This document shows positions 24,894 through 33,554 of a DNA stretch of 57,321 nt, one piece after another. The notes beneath the pieces are model-generated. The model was not told the origin of the DNA, did no database searches, and worked only from the letters and a program-made list of their open reading frames with translations. Location of the stretch: positions 1 to 57,321 of IMG/VR virus record IMGVR_UViG_3300038478_000018. One strand, written 5' to 3'. The DNA comes from a virus (lineage: Duplodnaviria; Caudoviricetes). The position numbers were made by a program, and so were the translations under genes. How positions within the stretch are numbered: position 1 is the first letter of the stretch; each line of letters begins with the position of its first letter.

Positions 24894-26479
24894 CACTTCG
24901 GGCAGTATCGGGTGCCGGCGGCGGTGGCGGGGGTACGGTAAATGATATTACCAGTACCGGCGGCACGATCACGGTTACGAATCCTACGGGGCCTACAACT
25001 AACGTTGACTTGGCGCCCACGGGAGTTACCCCAGGTTCATACACTAATACAAACCTGACCGTCAATGCGGACGGTCAGATTACGGCCGCCTCGAATGGAA
25101 GCGCCGCCGGTACGGGCACAGTTACTTCTGTATCGGTTGTTAGCGCTAACGGCTTTGCCGGTACGGTGGCCACGGCCACGACTACGCCGGCCATTACACT
25201 ATCAACCACAGATACCGGCATTCTTACCGGCAACGGCACGGCCATGTCCGGCGGCCAACTTAGCGGCGATGTCACGACTACCGGCTCATCGCTCGCTACT
25301 ACGCTCGCCACAGTAAATGCAAGCCCTGGTACGTACACTAATGCGACGGTAACGGTAAACGGTAAGGGGCTAGTTACCTCTGCTTCATCCGGTTCTGTTA
25401 CTTCCGGTACAGTCACTTCTGTTTCTGTAGTCAGCGCTAACGGCTTGGCTGGAACTGTTGCTAATCCAACTACTACGCCAGCTATTACACTTTCCGTACC
25501 GGAAACCGGAGTATTGTACAGTAACGGGACGGCGGTATCTGCCGCTACGCAGGCGCAACTTATTGCGGCAGGCGCGCCAGCGGCTACCGATGTTCAGGTC
25601 TTTACCTCATCCGGTACGTGGACTAAGCCTACTTCCGGTACACCAAAAGTAACGAAAGTTATTGCGATAGGCGCGGGCGGAGGCGGCGGCTCTGGCTATT
25701 CTGAACTAGCATTAGGAACTATTGAATCCGGCGGCGGTGGCGGCGGCTCTGGCGGGTATATTGAGCAGTGGTTCGCTACATCGGCATTAGGAGCCACCGA
25801 AACCGTAACTATTGGGGCGGGCGGGGCAGGCGGGGCTTCGGTAAGCACCGGCAATCCGGGGAATGTTGGTAACGCTGGAGGTAATTCTTCATTCGGTACA
25901 ACCCCGTGGGTAACTGCCTATGGCGGCGGTCGCGGCGCCGGCGGTCAGTCGGCCGCTAATAGCGGCGGTGGCGGGGGCGCCGGGGTCGTGGCAGCTGGCG
26001 GTAACGCTGCTGGTAGTTCGGCAGGCGGGGCAGGCGCAGGCGGAGGGTCAAGCGGGGCTAGTGGTGGAGGTTCTCCCGGCGCGAATGGGGCAATTAACAC
26101 TGGAGCCGGGGCGGGAAGCTCTGGAACTACCGGGAACGCAGGAGGTGGCGGCGGCGGTATTGCCGGCGGTGGCGGCGGCGGGGCAGGTGTTACAGCTTCG
26201 GCGGCGGGTACAGCGGGTGCTGGCGGCGCTACACCTGGTACAGCAGGAGGTGCTGCGGGGTCGGCAAGTGTTGGTGGAAACGGCACGCAAAGCACCGCAG
26301 GATATGTGCCCGGCTCAGGAGGCGGCGGAGGTGCCGCTAACATTACTGGCGCAGGATACGCCGGAGGAAACGGCTCTATAGGTGCTGGCGGCGGCGGTGG
26401 CGGCGTTGGTGTAACTGCCGGCAGTGGCGCAGGCGGAAATGGCGGCGGCGGCGAAGTTGTCGTTATTACCTACTTCTAA
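24890..26479 (+). CDS. Glycine-rich fibre protein
   Basis: GTVTSVSV and TYTNATVTVN shaft repeats; VQVFTSSGTWTKP...IGAGGGGG Gly-rich domain. Confidence 0.8.
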   Translation: MTLRAVSGAGGGGGGTVNDITSTGGTITVTNPTGPTTNVDLAPTGVTPGSYTNTNLTVNADGQITAASNGSAAGTGTVTSVSVVSANGFAGTVATATTTPAITLSTTDTGILTGNGTAMSGGQLSGDVTTTGSSLATTLATVNASPGTYTNATVTVNGKGLVTSASSGSVTSGTVTSVSVVSANGLAGTVANPTTTPAITLSVPETGVLYSNGTAVSAATQAQLIAAGAPAATDVQVFTSSGTWTKPTSGTPKVTKVIAIGAGGGGGSGYSELALGTIESGGGGGGSGGYIEQWFATSALGATETVTIGAGGAGGASVSTGNPGNVGNAGGNSSFGTTPWVTAYGGGRGAGGQSAANSGGGGGAGVVAAGGNAAGSSAGGAGAGGGSSGASGGGSPGANGAINTGAGAGSSGTTGNAGGGGGGIAGGGGGGAGVTASAAGTAGAGGATPGTAGGAAGSASVGGNGTQSTAGYVPGSGGGGGAANITGAGYAGGNGSIGAGGGGGGVGVTAGSGAGGNGGGGEVVVITYF

Positions 26480-26982
26480 TGGCTAGCCAACCATATGCGG
26501 TTGTTAACACAGCCAGCACAATTGTACAAAATATAGTTCAATGGGACGGAGTTAGTTCATTCCCGCCGCCAAGCGGCTGTACGTTGGTTAGCGCCGTAAG
26601 CCAACCTAATGCACAGATTGGCGGCACGTATGTTGGCGGAGTGTTTACGGCGCCAGCAGCGCCAGCGGCTCAACAGGGGCAGGTATTCATAAATTCGCCG
26701 ACATCCGGCGCAACAGTACCGATACCCAATCCTCCGCCGGCCCCTGGTACACAGACGCTCTATGTTATCCTTGAGCCAGCCGCAGCACTTACTTCGCTGG
26801 TGCTAGCCCTGCCGCCGCTTCAACCTAACGACGGTACAGTGTTAACGCTGTTCTCGACGCGTAATATATCAAATCTTACGTTTAGCGGCGGAACAGTCAA
26901 CAATGCGCCTACAAGCCTTACTGCCCTAACCCAATATAACATTATCTGGTCATCGCAGTATAACGTTTACTTTCAATTATAA
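26479..26982 (+). CDS. Fibre-associated protein fused to a decoration-like domain
   Basis: YAVV...VQNIVQWDG...IGGTY N-terminus; C-terminus resembles 40339-40752 product. Confidence 0.6.
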   Translation: MASQPYAVVNTASTIVQNIVQWDGVSSFPPPSGCTLVSAVSQPNAQIGGTYVGGVFTAPAAPAAQQGQVFINSPTSGATVPIPNPPPAPGTQTLYVILEPAAALTSLVLALPPLQPNDGTVLTLFSTRNISNLTFSGGTVNNAPTSLTALTQYNIIWSSQYNVYFQL

Positions 26983-27242
26983 TGGCTAAATTAACCGCAG
27001 CAGCCCGGAAAAAGATCCCGTCAAAAGACTTCGCTCTACCAGGCGGACGGTATCCGATTGAGGATAAGAGTCACGCCAGGAACGCGCTTGCGCGCGTATC
27101 GCAGCACGGGTCCTCAGAAGAGAAAGCCAAAGTGCGCGCTAAGGTCCATTCGAAGTATCCGGGCATAGGCTCATCGTCCAAGCCCGGCGAGTCGAAGGGC
27201 GAACGCTCGGAGCGATTGGATAAGTGGGCTAGGGGCAAATAA
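26982..27242 (+). CDS. Small basic protein (DUF6582-like)
   Basis: LTAAARKKIPSKDFALP..RYPIEDKSHARNALAR. Confidence 0.75.
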   Translation: MAKLTAAARKKIPSKDFALPGGRYPIEDKSHARNALARVSQHGSSEEKAKVRAKVHSKYPGIGSSSKPGESKGERSERLDKWARGK

Positions 27243-27812
27243 GTGGCGACGGTGCCGAACGTTGTAGGCGCATCGTTAATGACGGCGCTCGCGGCGTTGG
27301 TCGGCGCGGGTCTTTTGACAACAGTTCAGCAGAGTTACAATACACCGACGTCTATAGTCGGTATAGGTAACATCGCTAGCCAGAACCCCGCAGCGGGCGC
27401 AACGGTAGCCGCAGGCACGAACGTTATTATTGTAATATCGGCGGGCGTTGCCCCTGTTGCGGGCAACGGATACGACAAATGGGGCGCGACAGGGGGCGGG
27501 ATCACGGCGGTTAATGCGCCGGAGCCGTTAGGGCAGGCGCTAGCAAATGCGATGCAGCCGGACAATGCGGTATATGCGGCGAACCAATCGGTACTCGCTA
27601 CGCTCGCGCGCGGTACGGCCATAAATCAGAATACGCCGGCTTATCAAGTACCTGTTGCCCCGACTATGGGGCCGTTTGGGTTCGGATACGGACTTACAGA
27701 TGTCTTCTACCCATACGTGTATTTCACGAATACGCCTGTTAACCAGCATCAAGGAAACGTAGTGCCCGTCGCATGGACCAACGGTAAGAATACGGCGGTG
27801 GATTGGGTATGA
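27243..27812 (+). CDS. PASTA-domain protein
   Basis: VPNVVG.SL..A..AL..AGL...G.I.SQNPAAG..V..G..V.IVIS. Confidence 0.75.
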   Translation: MATVPNVVGASLMTALAALVGAGLLTTVQQSYNTPTSIVGIGNIASQNPAAGATVAAGTNVIIVISAGVAPVAGNGYDKWGATGGGITAVNAPEPLGQALANAMQPDNAVYAANQSVLATLARGTAINQNTPAYQVPVAPTMGPFGFGYGLTDVFYPYVYFTNTPVNQHQGNVVPVAWTNGKNTAVDWV

Positions 27813-29353
27813 CGGCAAGCGTCCCGTATCTCTTTGCGCCGCAGGCAGGTCCCATACCGCTCTCTGAGCTAGATGCGGACTTTGCGTACGTATTGATGCA
27901 AGGCGCCAACCCCGGCGCAATTTTGTACGGACAGAATGCGGCGGAAGCCGCGGCCGGCGTTACGCCTACTAACGACATCTCAAAACTGATCGCAACGCCT
28001 AAGCGCTATGGCGCCGCAGGCGACGGGGTCACGAATGATACTGTTGCCGTTCAGACTTGGATCAATAGCGGCAACAAAGACCTGTACCTAGATGACGGCG
28101 CCACGTACCTGATTACGGGCGTGACCATCACGGGTGCTCTTGCTGCGAACATTAAAATACAAGGTAGCGGGCAGCTCTCCCAGTTCTTAATCAGCAGCGC
28201 TGCCGGGTCCTACGGCTTTCAGGTTGTGTGGTCAAATGCGGAGGCCGGCGCGGTTGGAACGGCGCTTACGTCGCCCGCCACGACGCACTTTAACAGCGGA
28301 TTGATCTTAAAAGACTTTGCGATCAACTGCCAGGCGGGCCCTAATCAGTCTTATGGGTTCTGGCTCAATAACGCCGAGATCCTGTACGCTGAGAATATCG
28401 TCATTGATATGTACCCGAACACATTCGCAGGGTCGGCAACCGCCGGTAACCCGAACGGCACCTACGGTTGGGTCGGGTACTTCATGCAAGACGGCGTATA
28501 CGTCAAGTGTGAATTTACGGGCGGCTCCGGCGTGGCTGGCGACGGTATAGCGATACTCGGCGTTGTCGCAGCGAATCAGACTTCGAACAATAATCTATTC
28601 TTGGGCTGCCGCGCGCAAGAGTGCGGCGGCTACGGCGTGCGTAACCAAGCCGCGGACGGTAGTGTCTGGTACGGCGGCAAGTTCCAAGGTAATACCGCAG
28701 GCGGCTGGCTCGAAGCCGAGGATATCAACGGCGCAGGTGCCACGGATACCGTAATCGAGGCGGCAGGCTTTGAGGGCAACTCTGGATACGAATTCCAGGG
28801 CCAAGTCTCAACGCACATGGTAGTTAGGAACAATACGTTTGAAAGCACCTCGGTCACCGGGATCTTTAACCAAGCGTTCTGCGACTACATGCTGTTCGAA
28901 GATAACCGCACATACAACAATAAATCTTGTACGATTGTAGCGAGCGGCTCGGGCGCTACTAACGTGTGGGGCCGAGGGAATTTAGGTTTCGGCCTTAACA
29001 ACTTCACCAACGGCACCATGCAGGCGCAGACGGGCGCCCCGGTAGTTCTGACGTACAGCGCGTCAATAACCCCCGATGCTTCGATGGGTGAATACTTTAC
29101 GCTCAACGTGACGAACGGCACGGCGTTTACCATAAACTACCCGACTAACTTAGGTTACGGGCAACGGCTAACGCTTGATATTACGAATAGCAGCGGCGGG
29201 GCGATGGGTACGGTTACGTTCAACGCATCGTACTTCCTAGCCGGCGCGTTGACGCAGGCGGCCACAGGGCATCACAGGGTTATCTCGTTCCAGAACGACG
29301 GGCTGACAGGGTTGGTTGAACAATACCGATCCGTCGCCGATATAGCTACCTAA
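27809..29353 (+). CDS. Tailspike or depolymerase with pectate-lyase-like beta-helix
   Basis: YGAAGDGVTNDTVAVQ, Asn/Gly-rich beta-helix pattern. Confidence 0.8.
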   Translation: MTASVPYLFAPQAGPIPLSELDADFAYVLMQGANPGAILYGQNAAEAAAGVTPTNDISKLIATPKRYGAAGDGVTNDTVAVQTWINSGNKDLYLDDGATYLITGVTITGALAANIKIQGSGQLSQFLISSAAGSYGFQVVWSNAEAGAVGTALTSPATTHFNSGLILKDFAINCQAGPNQSYGFWLNNAEILYAENIVIDMYPNTFAGSATAGNPNGTYGWVGYFMQDGVYVKCEFTGGSGVAGDGIAILGVVAANQTSNNNLFLGCRAQECGGYGVRNQAADGSVWYGGKFQGNTAGGWLEAEDINGAGATDTVIEAAGFEGNSGYEFQGQVSTHMVVRNNTFESTSVTGIFNQAFCDYMLFEDNRTYNNKSCTIVASGSGATNVWGRGNLGFGLNNFTNGTMQAQTGAPVVLTYSASITPDASMGEYFTLNVTNGTAFTINYPTNLGYGQRLTLDITNSSGGAMGTVTFNASYFLAGALTQAATGHHRVISFQNDGLTGLVEQYRSVADIAT

Positions 29354-29366
29354 AGGGAAAGTAAAA

Positions 29367-29780
29367 ATGGCAAGTTCATTAGGGGCGTTGATCGGCCCGT
29401 TATTTGATGCAGCGGAGTCGCCGAAAGAGCAGAAAAAGCGTACGCCGAAGCCCAAGTCCAAGAAGTCCGGGCACGGCACCGCGAAGTTTCAGACCACGGA
29501 GGGCGAGGGTTCCGTAGCGCAGCAAGGTCAGCAGCACGGTGAGCTTGCCGCATCAATGGCACCCAAGCCTCCGACCCCGCAAGAGCAGACACACGACCAT
29601 GCGCGCAGCGCCAAGGTGCGAGCTACTCAGGATTGGGTCGAGGGGCGCATCACGTCGAAGCAACACGCGAACGTGCATGAGCGCGCGAACCATATTCTCA
29701 TGAACCGTCAGCCGAAAGTGTTCAAGGGCAGCACGGGCGAGAAGGCTCCGAAGAAAGGTATGGGAGTGCACGGCTGGTGA
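29367..29780 (+). CDS. Hypothetical basic protein
   Basis: Fits the operon. Confidence 0.6.
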   Translation: MASSLGALIGPLFDAAESPKEQKKRTPKPKSKKSGHGTAKFQTTEGEGSVAQQGQQHGELAASMAPKPPTPQEQTHDHARSAKVRATQDWVEGRITSKQHANVHERANHILMNRQPKVFKGSTGEKAPKKGMGVHGW

Positions 29781-29859
29781 TCATCTGCTCGCAAGTTCGT
29801 CAAGGAATGGTTATCTGCTCGCAAGTGCGGCCTAACGTCGCATGGCTGCGTAACTAACA

Positions 29860-30258
29860 ATGTCATCCGCTATCGGGAATCGGGGACTCAATGGCACCAC
29901 GATTTTACCCTACGCCAATTACAAGCTCTATTCCGGTAGCGACGCGTTCTTAGACCTTGAGTTTGTCGACCATACGTTAACGCCTGTGACGCCTACCGCG
30001 TTCACGTGGCAGATGGATGACTTGACGAACGACGTTAACATGATTCCGTCGACAACGACAACGACTCTTACGTCACCGTCCGAGACGCTGCAGATTCCAG
30101 GCGCGCAGATGGTCATGACGTATCCGTACATAGGGTCGCAGCTTTGTCAGTTCTCGTTCACGATGACCGCGATTGATTCGGTGACGGGGAACCCGTTCAA
30201 CGCTACTGGCGTGATCGTGATAGAACTTTGCGCGGTGCAGACCCCTACTGGCTTGTAA
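29860..30258 (+). CDS. Putative virion protein
   Basis: Beta-rich, Thr-rich. Confidence 0.55.
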   Translation: MSSAIGNRGLNGTTILPYANYKLYSGSDAFLDLEFVDHTLTPVTPTAFTWQMDDLTNDVNMIPSTTTTTLTSPSETLQIPGAQMVMTYPYIGSQLCQFSFTMTAIDSVTGNPFNATGVIVIELCAVQTPTGL

Positions 30259-30273
30259 CTTGAGGTGAGACTC

Positions 30274-30552
30274 ATGGGTGAGTTTAAGCAGCGTCTCTTA
30301 GGCGATATGGTCGCCGTAGAGCCAGAAGTAGAGCCGCAAGGTAAGATCAAACTCCCGGACTGGCAGCGTATATTGCGAGGCACAGTGGTGGCTACCGGGC
30401 CGGGCGCACCGCTCTACAACGGCAAGATCGCGCCTATGGAGTGCAAGGTAGGGGATCGGGTAATCTTCGGTGCGGCCACTGGGATGGAATCGGTATACTG
30501 CGGCAAGCCGCTGCGCATCATGCGCGATAGTGATGTGGACGCGGTGCTATGA
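30274..30552 (+). CDS. groES: GroES-like co-chaperonin 1
   Basis: LLGDMVAV...GTVVATGPG...PMECKVGDRVIF...IMRDSDVDAVL; GAGGTG SD before ATG 30274. Confidence 0.9.
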   Translation: MGEFKQRLLGDMVAVEPEVEPQGKIKLPDWQRILRGTVVATGPGAPLYNGKIAPMECKVGDRVIFGAATGMESVYCGKPLRIMRDSDVDAVL

Positions 30553-31055
30553 AGCTGTCACCGGAGCTGCAGGAAGTTGGACGGCGGGTGCGTGTGCTAC
30601 GCGATCGCGTACTAATTAAACCGCTGCCGTATGTAAATGCTGTATTGCTAACGCCAGGCGTCAACATCCAAAAAGGCGTGGTAGTCTCTGTCGGCTACGG
30701 TCGACGCGAGCGGCGCAAAGTGCGCTTTGATCGCATGGAAGGCCATTTGAGCACCGGGCGATCTTTATATTACGAGGACGGCGAAGAGTTAGGGCGCATA
30801 GCGCCAATGCGCGTCTCTGTTGGGGACGTGGTTGAATTTTCGCCCAGGAGTGTATTTGTCATCTTTGAACACGATTTGTTGCAAGCAGGCTTGCCAGACG
30901 TTGGTGATCTGCTCATGGTTTGGCAAGCAGGGATCATGACGATTGACCCTGATGAGTCTTTGAGCGACGCGCTCATGTGGCAACAGCCCGCGGGCTACGA
31001 CAAAGACGGCAACTTCATGAGCGGCAAAGAAGAATGGCAACGTACCCAGAGCTAA
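30549..31055 (+). CDS. groES: Divergent GroES-like protein 2
   Basis: LRDRVLIKP...GVVVSVGYG...PMRVSVGDVVEF with long insertion and C-terminal extension. Confidence 0.7.
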   Translation: MKLSPELQEVGRRVRVLRDRVLIKPLPYVNAVLLTPGVNIQKGVVVSVGYGRRERRKVRFDRMEGHLSTGRSLYYEDGEELGRIAPMRVSVGDVVEFSPRSVFVIFEHDLLQAGLPDVGDLLMVWQAGIMTIDPDESLSDALMWQQPAGYDKDGNFMSGKEEWQRTQS

Positions 31056-32080
31056 ACGAACGGGAGTTGGCTCTGATTGCCCCGCTTTCGAAAGACGGGA
31101 AGCCAGATTTCTTTAACTATCTACCCACAAGATTCGTCCCGCTGGACGAAGCGAAGGCCCGCGGGTGGGCGTGGTTTTACGTAGGCGATGTGTGCTCACA
31201 CGGACATAAGGCGGCTCGCTATGTCAGTAATACAAGGTACTGCGTGGATTGTCGCAGGATTAAAGCCGGGCTGCAACCCATTGGCGGCAAGGGGGTGGCG
31301 GAGTACACCAACCGCCCGCGCGCGTATTCGCAGCCCGCTCCGCGATCCAGTGCCGGCGAGTCTGCTGCCCCGCCTCGTCCTTTGCAGCCTGATGCTTCAG
31401 AAAAGAAGTTTCTCGTGGCCTATGCCCGCCTCAAGGACTTTGCGGCCGCCGCGCGCGAGGTCGGGACGGATGATGCAGTCTTTCGAGCGCGATTAAGCTA
31501 CTCGAAGGTGTTTAAAGATGCCGTAAATGCGCTCGAAGAGCAGTTAGGCATGACACATACGGCAAAATTAGACGAGGATTTTGACTGGACCGAAGACAAG
31601 CGCGCTGTTTTGGTCCGTGTTTACATCGACACGGGTGATTTAGGGCTAGCGCGCGATGCAATTCAGGTGTCTAACTACCATTTTCAGCGCGAGTTGCAGG
31701 ATAATGGCGAATTTGCGTCGATGTTAGCTGATGCTGAGCCGCTCGCTAACCGAATTTTAGACGAGCACGCGATTCGTAAGGCGAAAAACGGCGATTCCAG
31801 GTTGTTAGATCGCGTTTTGACGGCAAAACTGCCTGAGTATAGTCCAAAAGTTCGAATGGACGTAAACGTCACCGAGAAATTAACCGATGACCAAATCAAC
31901 GCCCGATTCAACCAAGTCCTCAAGCAACTCATCGTCCTCGGAGGAGAAAAATACCTCTTACCTGACGCAGTTGACGCGGAATTTTCAGAACCTGGATCGC
32001 CGGACGAAGCTGAAGATGCTGGAAACAGTAGCGGCGAAAGTCCGCTACATGAGTCAGCACAAAATCTCGATCTACTTTGA
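31034..32080 (+). CDS. terS: Probable terminase small subunit with N-terminal Zn finger and tandem HTH repeats
   Basis: Directly before TerL; CSHGH...CVDC; two HTH-like repeats; GDSRLL...LPEY. Confidence 0.6.
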   Translation: MATYPELNERELALIAPLSKDGKPDFFNYLPTRFVPLDEAKARGWAWFYVGDVCSHGHKAARYVSNTRYCVDCRRIKAGLQPIGGKGVAEYTNRPRAYSQPAPRSSAGESAAPPRPLQPDASEKKFLVAYARLKDFAAAAREVGTDDAVFRARLSYSKVFKDAVNALEEQLGMTHTAKLDEDFDWTEDKRAVLVRVYIDTGDLGLARDAIQVSNYHFQRELQDNGEFASMLADAEPLANRILDEHAIRKAKNGDSRLLDRVLTAKLPEYSPKVRMDVNVTEKLTDDQINARFNQVLKQLIVLGGEKYLLPDAVDAEFSEPGSPDEAEDAGNSSGESPLHESAQNLDLL

Positions 32081-33554
32081 TTCGCCAGAGGTTCGCGCAT
32101 CGTATCCTAAGCAGATACAGTGGTTCGCTCTAAGCAAAGAGCATCAAGAAACAGCCCTCTTTGGCGGTAATCGTTGCCTCACACCGTGGACGGTAATACC
32201 CACGGATCGCGGTGAGCGCCAAGTTCACGAAGTTTGCGGCGAGGAATCATTCGGTGTTCAGGCGTGGGACGGTGCGACTCGACGAAGTGCGCAATCAACA
32301 GGCGTGTTTCTAAAGGGCATTGAGCCAGCGTTTCGGATTCATCTGGACAACGGAGAAGTTTTTGAGTGCTCCGGTAAGCACCGGGTATTAACCAGCGCTG
32401 GCTGGCGGCCCATTTACCGGTTAGTTCATAGCGCAGGTGTTCTGCATTGGACGAGAACACCGTCAGGTTGGAAGGCCAGTTGTGGCGTGGATGACTGTCT
32501 TCGTGGTTCACTACCTCGATCGGTAGCAGATAACGTTTATGCACTACTTCGGCAACAACGCGATGCTCCCAGCAACGCCCTGAATTGTTTGCTCGAGGGT
32601 GTAACGGCATCCAGACCTGAACATAACCGTATTTATCGTAGGTTCGACCTCCGACCCATTCAGGGTGGCCGGAACCCGGTTTTGGACCGGTACGGCATTT
32701 CGGAATGGGCAGCCCCAGTAAATCGGCCCAACGCCTTACCGAAGTTTCCGGAATGCCTGTTTGACGGCATATCTCATTTAGATAAATGCCAGCGCGTAGC
32801 AGAGTGGCAATTTGCCGTTTTGCAGCAGTCACCTCATCTGGAGAACGTCTGTATACCATGCGAACCTCTACTCGTATTCGGGGGTAACACTATACTAGTG
32901 GTAGAGGATATAGGTTGTCAACCTATAATTGATTTCGAGGTGCCGGGGCCTCACAACTATGTGGCAGCCGGGGCGATTCACCATAATAGCGGTAAGACGG
33001 TGGCAGGCACATACGCGGACACCGTTCATTTAACTGGCCAATACCCTAGCTGGTGGCCGGGCCATAGATTTGACAGACCTACCGAAGTGTGGGCCGCGAG
33101 TGATACCGGCAAGAGTACGCGCGACATTTTGCAGAGCACTCTTTGTGGGAAGTACGGCGATGAGTCCGCCCGCGGCACCGGAATGATACCGGGGGATCTA
33201 ATCCTGCGGACCACGGTGAAGCACGGTATTCCCGACGCGTATGAAACCGTATACGTGCGGCATGTGCCGACTGGCGGAGTCTCTACGCTTCAGTTCAAGA
33301 GTTATGATCAGGGCCGGGAGGCGTTTCAAGGGACGGCCCAAGATGTGGTCCACCTAGATGAGGAACCGTCAATCGAGATATACACGGAATGCCTCTTGCG
33401 ACTTATGACGCGGGACGGAAGGTTGTTACTAACAGCCACGCCGTTGCGCGGAGTTACTCAGTTGATGCTTCAGTATATGCCATCACTGGCTCCTACGCCG
33501 ATGGAAGATTTGGAAGAGAACTACGATGAAGAAGAGGCGGCCGTAGATGAGTAA
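31887..33554 (+). CDS. terL: Terminase large subunit, ATPase part (P22-like), intein-containing
   Basis: GGNR|SGKT Walker A split by intein; FKSYDQGREAFQG, HLDEEP, TATP; start codon uncertain. Confidence 0.92.
   Translation: MTKSTPDSTKSSSNSSSSEEKNTSYLTQLTRNFQNLDRRTKLKMLETVAAKVRYMSQHKISIYFDSPEVRASYPKQIQWFALSKEHQETALFGGNRCLTPWTVIPTDRGERQVHEVCGEESFGVQAWDGATRRSAQSTGVFLKGIEPAFRIHLDNGEVFECSGKHRVLTSAGWRPIYRLVHSAGVLHWTRTPSGWKASCGVDDCLRGSLPRSVADNVYALLRQQRDAPSNALNCLLEGVTASRPEHNRIYRRFDLRPIQGGRNPVLDRYGISEWAAPVNRPNALPKFPECLFDGISHLDKCQRVAEWQFAVLQQSPHLENVCIPCEPLLVFGGNTILVVEDIGCQPIIDFEVPGPHNYVAAGAIHHNSGKTVAGTYADTVHLTGQYPSWWPGHRFDRPTEVWAASDTGKSTRDILQSTLCGKYGDESARGTGMIPGDLILRTTVKHGIPDAYETVYVRHVPTGGVSTLQFKSYDQGREAFQGTAQDVVHLDEEPSIEIYTECLLRLMTRDGRLLLTATPLRGVTQLMLQYMPSLAPTPMEDLEENYDEEEAAVDE
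32179..32859 (-). CDS. HTH-HNH homing endonuclease encoded antisense inside the intein
   Basis: LNEICRQTGIPETSVRRW HTH; W.GGR...GYV....P.HP.A...EHRVVAE...EVVNHEDSHPRHNWPSNL...EH; AGAGGT SD. Confidence 0.88.
   Translation of the reverse strand: MVYRRSPDEVTAAKRQIATLLRAGIYLNEICRQTGIPETSVRRWADLLGLPIPKCRTGPKPGSGHPEWVGGRTYDKYGYVQVWMPLHPRANNSGRCWEHRVVAEVVHKRYLLPIEVVNHEDSHPRHNWPSNLTVFSSNAEHLRYELTGKWAASQRWLIPGAYRSTQKLLRCPDESETLAQCPLETRLLIAHFVESHRPTPEHRMIPRRKLRELGAHRDPWVLPSTV
32892..32927 (-). promoter_or_regulatory. Antisense promoter and palindromic operator for the HNH gene
   Basis: TTGACA (32921-32916)-18-TAGTAT (32897-32892); TATAGGTTG-T-CAACCTATA at 32909-32927. Confidence 0.7.

Larger units (their letters stand above)
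32175..32987 (+). mobile_element. Intein (271 aa) in TerL Walker A
   Basis: Block A CLTPWTVIPT, block B CSGKHRVLT, block F IIDFEVPGPHNYVA, block G IHHN followed by Ser. Confidence 0.93.

Noticed and set aside
29783-29826. 14-bp direct repeat ATCTGCTCGCAAGT
   Set aside because: Two copies only, probably an internal duplication in a tiny ORF
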